Assembly: GCA_013239625.1 (NCBI GenBank)
Contig: MU054212.1
Span: forward strand, 1,364,001 to 1,428,000
Reading direction: 5' to 3'
Length of the DNA stretch: 64,000 nt
Origin: Lama guanicoe
Taxonomy: Eukaryota
Position numbers and translations under genes: made by a program
The notes under the pieces: generated by a model
What the model was told of the DNA's origin: nothing
The model's database searches: none
What the model saw: the letters and a program-made list of their open reading frames with translations, nothing else
Shown here: positions 37,700-48,673 of the stretch, in pieces
How the letters are laid out: each line of letters opens with the position of its first letter
How positions within the stretch are numbered: position 1 is the first letter of the stretch

Positions 37700-39917
37700 T
37701 TTTTCAAACAGCAAGTAGTAACCTACTACTGAATCATGAATTCAGTTTAGTAAGTTGTGATGTCACTTTTTTTAAGATGAAAAAATATGGAAAGGAGACT
37801 TTTTAAAATTAGAGTATATCAGTAACTTATGCACAGTAAAGTATTGCTTCATGAATACTTTTATCTGTATACTTGATAAGGATATACAGTGAATTTTTTT
37901 TTACTTTAGGTCACAGTCAAGATGTTTGAAAAGCAGTGCTCTGATTCATAATGTTTCCCATTTGTACTTAAAAATTTTCCTTTCTTTCTGGGTTTTCTTT
38001 TTAATCTCCACTGGGTGTTCCTAGTTAGTGTTCACTGGAACATTTCTTCACTGAATGTCCAAGCTCTTGCTCTTGAGTCAACCTCAGGTTTGTGTCAAGG
38101 TCAGGGACAGCTTGCCCAGTTAGAAAAAGGGCTTAGAAATTATAGAGTCGAGGTGTGATGTCCAGAGAGAAAATGGGTGGGTTTCTTTCTTGGCCTTGCC
38201 CTGAGAAATTCCCCAAACACTGCAGTCTATAGACTTGGTGAGGACTGGGCCAGCTGGATCCTTGGTCCCTAGAACACAGCACAGAGTCAAGCATGTAACA
38301 TGTGATCCACATGTGAGTGTATGAACGCTCGCAGGCATACTCAGGCAGCACTCATGCCTTTGTTGGTTAAGAGCTCCAACACAGCTGTGTGAAGCCAGAA
38401 GGAAAGCTTCAAAGATCACAAGAGCTGGTAGGAAGTGGTCATGGGGAAGCTGAGCTCTTGCTGCAGCTGAAAGTAGAGGAGACAATGTGCTAGAGCAGGG
38501 CGTGAGCTGAGCTTGGGAAATGGAAACCTGACAGTAATTTGGGAAAGGAAGGCTTGATGCAGAGGCAGGGCATGGCAGTCACTTAGAATGCCCTGCAATC
38601 CCATCTCACTATTAACACCAGCAAATTTCAGGTGCTGCTCTGCCTCACAAAATAAACCCGACTGACAGAATGGTTGGGTATCTTATTAGGGTGGGGAAGG
38701 AAGCAGGGTAAAAGGTATCATCCTAAATAATGGACATATTCTGTAGTGGGTGAAACTGGGCCACTGATTAATTGCAAGGGGGGCATGGGCCTGGATTCAA
38801 GCAATACTTGAACTATCTGTGTGTCAAAAAGGCTACCCAGAGATGAAGACACTGGCATCATCTTCCCAATTCCCTTGGATGTCCATTATCTCATTTGACC
38901 TTATGCATAATAGAAAAGAGATCACTTTCCAGCATATTGCATCATATCATTACAAAGGTTGAACAGAGACATTAAAAAACTAAATGCAGTTTTATGACCA
39001 TCAGGGTACTGCTATCATCTTTCTAATCATTAGATATAGTGCAGATGTATTAATTAGTGGCATGATAAGCAGAAGGTAAAAAGCACATTGTACATGGGAG
39101 CTTGTGGTCAGCACCATATGCATTTTAGCTTAGCCTCCGAAATACCAGTGATTTGGGGAAAAAAAGAAAAAGGAAACCCCACTTCTCTGTAGTTTTTAAA
39201 AACACTTTTTTTTAAAAAAAAAAAAACAAAAAACAAGCCTCCTTTAACATCTAGCCAACTGGTGAGCCTTCCCAGCATATACAATCCATCAAAGACAGAC
39301 AGTGCTGGGTAGTGTTACATCCTTTTAATAAAAAAAGGGAAACTACTTTAGAACAACAATTAAGAATTCACAGAGAGAACAGTACTTGAGAGACTGAGAA
39401 AAGGGAGGTGAGTTCCAATTTCCTGGGTAAATCATTTCCTTTCTCTTACATGATGAAAGCAGAGAAAGTGGCTGGCCACCTCTGTTCTGGTACCATTTTT
39501 ATCGGTAGAAACATCTGTAGAAAGAAATGACTTAGTCATGCTCAGTAACACTGCAGTACCTCCCCACAGCTGGTTTATACTTCTTTGTGTGTGTGTGTGT
39601 GTCATCTTGTGGGAGTTCTTTCTCCTTTTGACCTCACCTTGAAGTCTCAGCATAAGCTGCAGAGTAGATGCTTGCTGAATACTGGATTCAGAAAAGCCAG
39701 TGTCTCTCAATTTTTTTTTGACTGTGACTACAGTGAAAAAATGCATCTTATACTGTGATTCAGTTTACACATTTCTATGTGTATCTATCTTCCCAAAGCA
39801 AAATTTCCATCATACGATACTTATCCTTATGATGTGTGAGGCATTCTGACATTGACTATTCCAATTCATTTTTAAAAAATGCTGCTCGTGACGCAGTCGG
39901 CAGCTTGAAAAACACTG
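37700..39917. mobile_element. Two oppositely oriented hAT-Charlie (Charlie4a-like) copies at about 37700-37940 and 39699-39917
   Basis: ggtcacagtcaagatgtttgaaaagcagtg versus cagtgtctctcaattttttttgactgtgac. Confidence 0.55.
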
Positions 39918-40227
39918 TGCAAAGGTGCTCCCAGTTTCACTTAATAGTCCAGATGAGTGTCCGCGGACTGGGAAAAATTGCTTTCTTACATAGATATTGA
40001 CCTTGACATTTTATACAGTGTCAGAGGTTTAACCTCGAATCACTAACAAAGTCTACTTTTGGCCCAGGCTCCCTCGAAATTGAACCCTCTGCCTTGGCTC
40101 ACATCTTATGACCCACATCCAGTTAACGTCCCTGACTTGTACATCCCTGAAACTTCTGAGGGCTGATAGTATGTGTTGTACAATCAATATATGCTCACTA
40201 TATTGAAAATTATTTGCTTTCCTTTAG

Positions 40228-41046
40228 GTATCTTACAGAACTCAACACATGGGGATCTTGAAGATCGTGGCACTGATGGCAGCCATCTGGGTGGGGGCCT
40301 TCTTAGTGCATGGGCCAATGATTCTTGTTTCAGAGTCTTGGAAGGATGAGAAGCGGGGTTGTGAACCTGGATTCTTTTCGGAATGGTATATCCTTGCCAT
40401 CACGTTATTCTTCGAATTCCTGGTCCCGCTGTTGTTAGTGGTTTATTTCAACATGTATATTTACTGGAGACTTTGGAAGCGTGGTAATCTCAGTAGGTGT
40501 CAAAGCCATTCTGGACTCACTTCTGTCTCTTCTGGTAGCCGTGGACGTTCATTCAGGTGTGGACTGTTTTCAAGGACGTCTCTTCCTGAACTGAAGGAAG
40601 CAGCAGCATCCCTCCATTCCAAGGGGCCAAGAAGAAAGAGCAGTGTCTTGTTTTCCTTAAGAACCCAGATAAATAGTACAGTTGTTTCCAAAACGGGCTC
40701 CCTTTCCCTTTCAGATTCTCTAGCTCCTCACCAAAGGGAACATTTTGAACTACTCAGAGTCAGGAAATTGGCCAAGTCACTGGCCATTATCTCAGGTGTT
40801 TTTGCCATTTGCTGGGCTCCCTACTCTCTGTTCACAATTATTCGTTCGGTCTACCCTCTAGATCAGCGTTCTACAACAGCTGCAACAGCTGTGTACGAAT
40901 TCACATTTTGGCTTCAGTGGTTCAATTCCTTTATCAATCCTTTTTTGTATCCGCTGTGTCACAAGCGTTTTCAGAAGGCTTTCTTGAAAATATTTCATAT
41001 GAAAAAGCAATCCATACTATCACACAATCGGTCAACGTCCTCTTAA
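40228..41046 (+). CDS. HRH4: Histamine H4 receptor exon 3 (aa 120-391 plus stop)
   Basis: cctttag| VSYRTQHMGILK... with CWAPY and NPFLY motifs; open frame to TAA at 41044-41046. Confidence 0.97.
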   Translation, partial: VSYRTQHMGILKIVALMAAIWVGAFLVHGPMILVSESWKDEKRGCEPGFFSEWYILAITLFFEFLVPLLLVVYFNMYIYWRLWKRGNLSRCQSHSGLTSVSSGSRGRSFRCGLFSRTSLPELKEAAASLHSKGPRRKSSVLFSLRTQINSTVVSKTGSLSLSDSLAPHQREHFELLRVRKLAKSLAIISGVFAICWAPYSLFTIIRSVYPLDQRSTTAATAVYEFTFWLQWFNSFINPFLYPLCHKRFQKAFLKIFHMKKQSILSHNRSTSS

Positions 41047-41930
41047 AGGTAATCTTCTTGCTTATGTAAGTTTCAGTCTTACTTTCATCTAAATGAATTT
41101 GACCTGGCTTTCATCTTTCCCTATCCACTCTACCAAAAAAGTCCATAAAATCATAATGCTTGAAAATTAAAAAAAATATCAGAAGTCAGTGGAAAATTAT
41201 TCTGGTGAATAGTAACAGTATAATAAGAAATTCATATTTTTGTAAACTCATAGCCACAAAAGCACTGTCTATTTTTCTTAGTCATTACCTCTTTCTTGTC
41301 TTTAGGATCTTAAGATAATGTTGTTTGTGAAAAGTCAAGAGTTTTAGTTTTCTTTCTACATTCAGTGTTTGCTACAGTCTTAAGTGAATTTCCCTTTTTG
41401 TTTTTTTTATAGCAATGAAAACTCGTCACATTTTAAGATCATTCCCTAAAGTATACAACAGGAAAAAGAGCTATATTGTACTCTTTTTGTGGGGTAGGAA
41501 GCTCTGTTATGGTCATTGGGCAGGCGAGTTGGGGTTTGAGTTGGCAGGGAGTGAGGGCGTCCAGATGGAAGAGCAGAGGGCATGTGTACTTCCAGAATCT
41601 CTATTCCTGATCCCAGAAAAGAAGGAAGTGTGGGATGAGGGAGGAAAGAGGAGATCACTACAGCTCTCAAGGTCCTCAGTGAAGTTATCTGGAGGTCCTG
41701 GGAAACACAGGATGGGAGTGTGAGGGACAGGCAATGGTCACCAATGGGTTGAAAGGATGGCTTTCCCTATTCCTTTCTGCCCCTTTTCTCCCAACTTCCA
41801 CATCAGCTAAAACTTCTCTATGAGAAAATATGGAAGAAAAAGAAAGGCTAAGAGATGCAAAAGGACTATATGATTAAACCTGATGTACCTGGTGAAATGT
41901 TCACAGAAATAGTACATGTCAATAATTATG

Positions 41931-42415
41931 AATAAAATATGTTTCTGTGTTTGCTGTTTTTAACTTGTGTGCTCAGTGTTTTACATTGCAGTGTTCAGAG
42001 AGATTCCTTTATTATTATTATGCAGTTAGTGTAGGTTGTACCTTATTGATGAGTCACATTTTATTAGTCTGCTGACATTTTGTTCTTTTTGTGATTAATT
42101 TTTTTTACAGTACTCTTTGTCTTTGTCATAACATTTCATTTTTATTTCATAGTTAATTTCATCTCTTCTTTAAGGTTTTATCAGTGTTTCTTCTATAACT
42201 TTTTAAAATTATTATACAGGTTAGTCATTTCCATATTTCTTAGACCTTTTAAACCTTTGATTAATTTCAAACACTAAAATATGAAAACCTTTTAAGTATA
42301 TCATAAATGCTTAGAAATGTACATGATTTTTATATACACTTATGCCTTACATTAAGTTAAAAATGGAAAATAGATATTTAACATTCAATTGTAATTTGAA
42401 AATATGAGAAATAAA
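41931..42415 (+). terminator. HRH4: Candidate HRH4 polyadenylation signals
   Basis: AATAAA at 41931-41936 (followed by a GT-rich tract) and at 42410-42415. Confidence 0.45.
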
Positions 42416-42451
42416 CCCTCATAAATATGCAAGTTTTTATAAAGTTGTTAC

Positions 42452-42585
42452 TTGTCAGCTGTTGGTTTTAACATTTATAAGCCAGTAGTTGTGTGGATTT
42501 CATCTGATCATTAGAGGCTTCAATATTCATCGAACGGAGTGGCCTCAGGAAGACTTTTCCCAGTTGAACCTTGGGGGAAACATGC
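42452..42585 (-). pseudogene. RGS22-like fossil exon (134 nt)
   Basis: tatttag| phase-2 start matches the previous exon and gives the longest open run of the three frames: QHVSPKVQLGKVFLRPLRSMNIEASNDQMKSTQLLAYKC*NQQLT |gtaaca. Confidence 0.45.
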
Positions 42586-43047
42586 CTAAATAGTCATATA
42601 GTATATTCTAAAATATAGAATATATAACATGTATTGTATTTCACTCAATCCAAGATGCCATCAATGTAAGACATACCGACACTGTAAAAAAGAAAATGCT
42701 GCAGACTGTCTATGAAACAATACTTTAAAAATCACAGTTATAACAAGTCTAATTCTGATTCCAGAACTGTTGAAAAGTGAGCAATGTGTGTTTTAGAAGT
42801 GATGAATATGATCCAGGTATGATAAATGAACAGAATAGGGCTAATCTTCTATGAAATGAGAGTTTGAATAAAATATTTCTGATGATACTTCCATGTGTTC
42901 ATTAAACAAATGGGTATTAGGAGCATATCATGTATTAGCTATTTATTATAAAGATGTCAGTGAGCCTTGCCAATAAGATTTAGACTCCCTGGGGCAGGAA
43001 TACTACTTTGGGGTTCTCTTAGTACAATGTACCCCACAGATACTTAC

Positions 43048-43173
43048 TGAAAAGGCATGCAATAGGCATTTTCCTTAAAAAGGGAATGTCAATCCCAGTC
43101 TTTAATCCAAGTCTTTTAAATTTGCACGGAAGGAACTTCAAAATGTTTTCCATTATAATTAAAATAATTTTCA
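43048..43173 (-). pseudogene. RGS22-like fossil exon (126 nt, phase 2-2)
   Basis: tcttttttcttataag| ENYFNYNGKHFEVPSVQI*KTWIKDWD*HSLFKENAYCMPF |gtaagt; cf. RGS22 NYN...WIKKERLPAFLESDCY. Confidence 0.6.
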
Positions 43174-43505
43174 CTTATAAGAAAAAAGACAATAATTAAA
43201 CAATTCCTTTACCCAAGCAGCAGCCACAATTATTAGTTTGGTGTAGATGTTTCCAGAGAAAAGAAAGATATAATTCCATTTTCTAGAAATACATGTTTGT
43301 ATATCTGAACTTATACCTAAACTTCAAGATATCCTCAGGTTAGGCTTTTCATGAAAATGAAAGCTCCAAATCTAGTATGAGTAATTACTATCCTCCAGTC
43401 CCAAATACAGCTGGTTTATACAAATTTACTAAAATTTAAAGATATTTAATTTTAAATTATTTTAGAATACATATTTTTAAAAATTTAAAATATTTATTTG
43501 CTTAT

Positions 43506-43830
43506 CATAAATCTGGACCCAACTACACTGGCGTAACTGGTAAAACATTCTTAAGAATATTGTTTCCTAAGTATTGGCTTCAGTTGGCCTGTATAGAAAT
43601 AGATTCAAGAAGAATGAGACAGATTTAGGGATATAAATGCCAATTATGAATGATACTTTAGGTATAGTCTTTTTATGAGTCATGAGGACTTTAAATATTA
43701 ATAACTGAACAATCACAACTATTTAACAGAACTGCTTTTTGTGGCTTTTTGGTAACTACCTTCTTGTAGCAAGGATCTTGAGATTTGAAGCAGCTGGTTT
43801 TCACATGATTTCAGAAAAAGAAATTCTCAC
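43506..43830 (-). pseudogene. RGS22-like fossil N-terminal exons (about 43830-43760 and 43588-43506)
   Basis: FSE followed, after a frameshift, by SLLQE|GQLKPILRKQ across a phase-compatible junction (aag|gtagtt ... tttctatacag|); cf. RGS22 TFSEAI...QFLEKQLKKILQNQ. Confidence 0.5.
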
Positions 43831-43867
43831 ATACAAAATAAACATTTTGTTCTAATAATTATTATCA

Positions 43868-44435
43868 GTATCAGTCAGGGTTGTGTCAAGTTGTTTCAAA
43901 CAGAAGGAATTTAATCAATGCAGGATATTGGAAGGCTGAAAGAGCAAGAAGTAGATGTTTATGGAATCCAGAGATTAATAATTTAAGAAAATGACTACCA
44001 TCTTTAAGTCCAGAGAGAATAAAAGAGAAGAAGTAGTGTTATCAGAATCTAGGATCTTGGAGAAGTCCCTTGGAGAAGGCCTGATTAATTCCTGAGCCCA
44101 ATGGTAGAGCTAGGACAGTCAAAGGAGTGGGACCAGTTGGTGCTCAGGCTGCCACTGGGGTGTGGGGTAGGGCAGCCATGGCTACTGCTAGTACCTCTGA
44201 TGGGGCACAGCAAGGGAGAAACACAGCTGTGCACTGTGGCTACAGGGATGTCAAATTGAGTTTTCTTCTCTGTACCTCTGGCCTTTCAATCTCTTGCCAG
44301 TGCCTTCCATTCATGGAATCTAATTGAAAGCCAAATGACAAGGGAGTCTGAGAAATATGAGTCCTAGCTCCAACTTATGGTGCAGTGTATAAAAAGGTAG
44401 GTTTGGAGCTAACAGATAACAGATAACCAGCAAAA
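43868..44435. mobile_element. LTR78/LTR79-like ancient LTR
   Basis: tatcagtcaggg start; tgccttccattcatggaatctaattgaaagcca...agggagtctgagaaat; gtttggagctaacagataac. Confidence 0.55.
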
Positions 44436-44589
44436 GCATACTATGCTAAAGCATAATAAAATAGAATTTTGGTCATTTGGGATTTAACATTTATAGGATC
44501 ATATAGGATTGGTGGGTTCCCTACAGAGAGTTTAACTGGTGGTTCACGGAGGTATCTGGTCTATAGGATGAGTGGATTTTGTTATTTTT

Positions 44590-44820
44590 TTAAAAATTGG
44601 GGACTTCAAAATTAAAATTGAGATTTCTTTTTGTTTCTTTTTGAGAAATTGGAAGATCCAGCAACACTGGGCCCATATTCCCAAGTAAACAATAATCTGA
44701 GTAGTGACTACCCCTTATAGACAGTGAGGTTCCCTGCAAGGCTCCACAGTTCCACCTGCCTTCATTAGTCACTTTCATTTGCCTGTCTGTCCCCTTCAGG
44801 CATCTGAATTGTAGCCCTGC
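44590..44820. mobile_element. MER103C-like hAT-Charlie element
   Basis: cagcaacactgggcccatattccca...tgagtagtgactacccctt. Confidence 0.6.
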
Positions 44821-44924
44821 TCTATATGTAAAAAGAAAAAACAACGCATGAAATTAGTTTAGTGAGTATCCCAGAAAGTACAAACACTGCCTCTTCTGTT
44901 GGAAATTTTGTCTTAGGGCTCTTT

Positions 44925-45950
44925 CAGTTAGGACTCCTCTGGTTACAGGTGACAAAAACACAATGTGAATCACCTGGGCAGGAGTGAGAGTACTGGTTCC
45001 CATTATCAAAGCACATAAAGACAATGAGGGGAGCCACCCCAGAGGTGACGGAAACCAAAGACTCTGTGACTTTATTTTATATTGTGGCTTCTACAAGAAG
45101 CGGAGATGATGGATGCTCATGTCCTGCTTAATTGGATAGGAAAAGGGCCTCTCCTAGTAACAGTGAGAGAAAAAATCCTGGAAAAGATAAATTGAGTGCC
45201 CAGTGTATGGATATCTTGGGACCAGTCCCTATAGGGGAGAGTGAACACTAGTATTGTCCACTAGGGTCAGTTCCCCCTTCAGGCTAATCCCTGTGGCTGA
45301 GAGATAGGGTCAGCCCCATTCAAATCATGTGCCCAGAAGAAGGAAAAATAGTGTCCTCAAATGAAGGGAGGTACAGATACCAGAAGAAGGAGGTAGAGAT
45401 AATAAATGTCTACTCCAAGGGGTATTCAAAAATTTGGGCTGGTATGAACATCTGATTGTCTTCCTCAAACATTGTATAAGACTGCCCAAATACCACAATT
45501 CTCTACCCCTTCCTGCATCCCCACCCTTTGCAATGAGATTTTGTAGCTCTTCCCATCAAGAGAAACTTGCTTTAGCCAGTAAACTGCTGTCAATAGGCAG
45601 TGAAACTGGCACCATGTCAATGTCAAGCCTAGGCCTCGAAAGGCCTGAGTATATCTGTTCTGTCTCTGAGAACCTTGCTCACTGCCAGGTGAACATGCCC
45701 AGGCTAGCCTGCTGGATGATGAGTGATCACGTGCAATAGAATCACGCTGTCATAGCTGAGCCCATCTCAAAGCAGTCACTCAGCAGTTGACAGGAGATGC
45801 CTAGGCAAACAGTGGCTGAACGAGATCAGCTAACTGAAGCCTAGCATGGGCCAGAAGAGAAGAATCACTCAGCTGATCCAGAGACTCCTGAGGATTGATA
45901 AGACACTACATTTTGGGAATGGTCTGATATTTAGTAGTAGCTAACTGACA
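44925..45950. mobile_element. Two MLT1 LTRs (about 44925-45415; MLT1F/G-like at about 45470-45950)
   Basis: tcagttaggactcctctggttacaggtgaca; ccctttgcaatgagattttgtagctcttcccatcaagag...tagctaactgaca. Confidence 0.6.
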
Positions 45951-46869
45951 TGGCTAGCACCCACCTGCCAGTGCATTAAATTTTGCCTCTGAGAGTTGAG
46001 TACAAGGGCATCACTTATTCTTTTGTGGTAGCTGAGACATTATTATGTAACAGGACAGATTTTTTTTTTAAAAAAGGCCATGGCTACCTCTCTACAGGAA
46101 TGTAGTCATTGCAAAGTGATTTAGTAGCAAGGATATCTGATTTTGAAACATCATAAAGCACAGAACATAACAATAGTAGGATAGATGCATACATGAGGCT
46201 AAAGCCATACCACAGGGATGGAAGAGAAAGTGCACCACGGGTGAAAACAAGCTGTTCTTAACTATGTGCATCTCTCCCTTAATTATCTCATTCGGTCTCT
46301 TCAAACTTCCATCTTAAGTCAGATACAGCTATTTACAGACTGGTCACGCACTTTGTATTAAATAGTCTCTCTTTTGGACACTTTTCTCCTTGCTCACGCT
46401 GGCTGTCATTTCTTTATGTGTTTAAACATCTACTAGGGGATAAGAGGAGAAGGAGGGCTTTCAAAAGAATGAGCCAGTTTGGTTAATGATGAGTAGCTCT
46501 GTGAAGGATCAGTGGAAGAAGTCGAATTTCTCTCTCCTTTCAGATTTCAATACTGCCTTTCTCTGCTCTCTTACCGCAGATCATAAGGAATGGACCATAA
46601 AAGAAAACATCCCACAGGAAAAGTTTAGATAAAGGAAATACCCAAATCCAGGTGGCTCTAGCCATCCTGACCCCCCTAAGGAGTAGAACCCCTACTCCCA
46701 CCCCAGAAATATGTGTGACATTCATAGTCCAGGGGCACAGGCTCGCTGAAAGACAGAGACTTAGTCATAAGACTACAGAACACTTCCCCTCCTTCACACC
46801 TCACCACCACATTGCTATAAGTATTTTTTGGCAGTTTCTTTTACACAGCGTATCACGTTCTGCTCATAA

Positions 46870-47080
46870 TTAAGAAAAAATTACAAGGTGTACCGAAAGG
46901 CAAAACCCCACAATTTGAAGAGACAGAGTGAGCATCAGAATCAGTCACAGCAGGGATGTTGGAATTATTAGATTGGGAATTTAAACCCACTATGATGAAT
47001 ACACTGAAGTCTAGTGACTGAGGCAGTCAGCCTGCAAGGACAGAGGGGCAATGTAAGCAGAGAAGGAAATCCTAAGAAAC
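46870..47080 (+). mobile_element. L1M 5'/ORF1 fragment
   Basis: caatttgaagagacagagtgagcatcagaa...gggatgttggaattattagattgggaattta. Confidence 0.6.
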
Positions 47081-48387
47081 ATTTAGGACACTGTTAAAAA
47101 CATTTTTCTGATATTCATCCTAACTTAAAATTACCTATAGTCAAAAATGTAAAAGATATGCTTTGTTACTTCTATAGAAAGGCACTTGTCAGTTCCTTCT
47201 TAGAAACTAGAAGACAAACTACTTTAAAATTGTAACTCCATCCTTCCTGCCCTAATCTAGGGCATCTGGGTCATGGCTGAGGTGGTGGTTAGGCAACTGG
47301 TTGCATGTTCTGCCTTTCTTGGCTTCCTGTTTCTGGAATCCAACTCTTTCAAGTTCAATCCTTATTTTTTGGTTTTGTTCCTCTGGCTTCACATGGCCCA
47401 AGCTGGGCTAACGGTCCTGACTGTTACTGAGTTAGAATAGCTCTCAAGTGGCTGCAGCCCCCCGGTCTGGAGTTGGGTATCATGGTCTACACCTCAGTAT
47501 TCTTCAGTCTCAGGCATGTATGAGGACCAAAAAAAGGAGAGCCTGGAGTCTGTACTCCTCTGTACTGTTCTCTGGACTGAAGAAAATATCTGTCTCTTTG
47601 ATATAATAGCCCCAACAGGGTTTGCACTGTGTAATGGGTAATAGGGGACAGGTTAGGCAGAGTCCTTGCCTTTAAGGAGCAATGTATCATCTGGCTTGAA
47701 ATCAACAGGGACACATAAATGTGCTCTGCAGTGAAGTGAGGAAGCACGAAGAATTGTTTCCCTTATGGTAATTTTGTAGGGATGCAAGAGAGAGCAGTGC
47801 CCCTACAGCTGGACTGCTGCGAAACTGCACTGCTTGGCCCTGTATCTTTCCCAGCAACCAAGTCCTTTGGTGCCAAGGTTGTACAGCTGTTCTGCTGGAC
47901 TAGTATAGACAAGGCTTTGACTGGAGAAGACCCGAATAGGTTTTGCATAGATAAATCAGAACAGGATTTGCAAGGATAATGCAGAAACTTAAGCATGGAT
48001 TCTTTTAGCAAAACAGGATTCATTAATCACCTTATTCCTCAGAACATCTGTGTAAAACACGGTTATTCTCACTCCATAGAGAAGGAAACTAAAGAATAGA
48101 GAGCAGATGACCTGCCTCAGGTAAGACAATCAGCAGGTAATGAAGCCAGAACTTGAACTCAGGGAGTCTGAAACTTGACTCCATCCCGTACTGCCTGCTA
48201 CACTTAAGAGATCTTTGCTCACTCCCTCTTCCAACAGGGAAGTTAGTGAGTCAGAGCTTTTAGGAGGTAAACGTGAATGAACTAAATAAAAACCCGAATC
48301 AAATCTAAAATAAACAAAACCAAATCAACAAAACTCAAATCTAAGGGTCTTTTTTTTCCCCCTCCACAACAGCAGTCTCTATTTTCT

Positions 48388-48403
48388 CCACCAGATGGCA
48401 GTA
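48388..48403 (+). promoter_or_regulatory. CTCF core motif
   Basis: CCACCAGATGGCAGTA fits CCAC(C/T)AGR(G/T)GGC(A/G)S. Confidence 0.6.
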
Positions 48404-48641
48404 ATTCCACATAGTTTCTCTCCCTTTTACTTCTGTTTGAGCAGCCACTGAATAAATGGGTAATACTGTTTTGTGTTACAATTTAGAGAAATCTGATAAC
48501 AGCCCCCTCACATGTTACTATTGTACACTGAATTAAACTCAGAAAATAAGTTAAAGCTACACAAACTCTACAAAAAAACCCCAGTGACTTCTCCTTTCCC
48601 CCCACTAGAAGGTAAGGCTACCCCAAAGTGCTCACAAAAGG

Positions 48642-48673
48642 ACACATACACACACACACACACACACATACAC
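48642..48673. repeat. Imperfect (CA)n microsatellite
   Basis: Read directly. Confidence 0.9.

Larger units (their letters stand above)
10511..43830 (-). pseudogene. Putative unitary pseudogene of an RGS22/RGSL1-like multi-RGS-domain gene, antisense to and interleaved with HRH4
   Basis: About a dozen exon-like blocks in non-repeat DNA, mostly with minus-strand polypyrimidine-AG and GT sites; translations show RGS22/RGSL1-like motifs in roughly colinear order but carry stops and frameshifts; reference proteins recalled from memory. Confidence 0.6.

Noticed and set aside
37700..39917. Inverted Charlie pair as a dsRNA-forming element in HRH4 intron 2
   Set aside because: The copies look too diverged for stable pairing
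41950..42273. K-rich minus-strand frame in the HRH4 3' UTR with a good acceptor
   Set aside because: Could be another fossil exon but equally resembles decayed L1/HAL1 ORF1 coiled-coil; cannot be assigned
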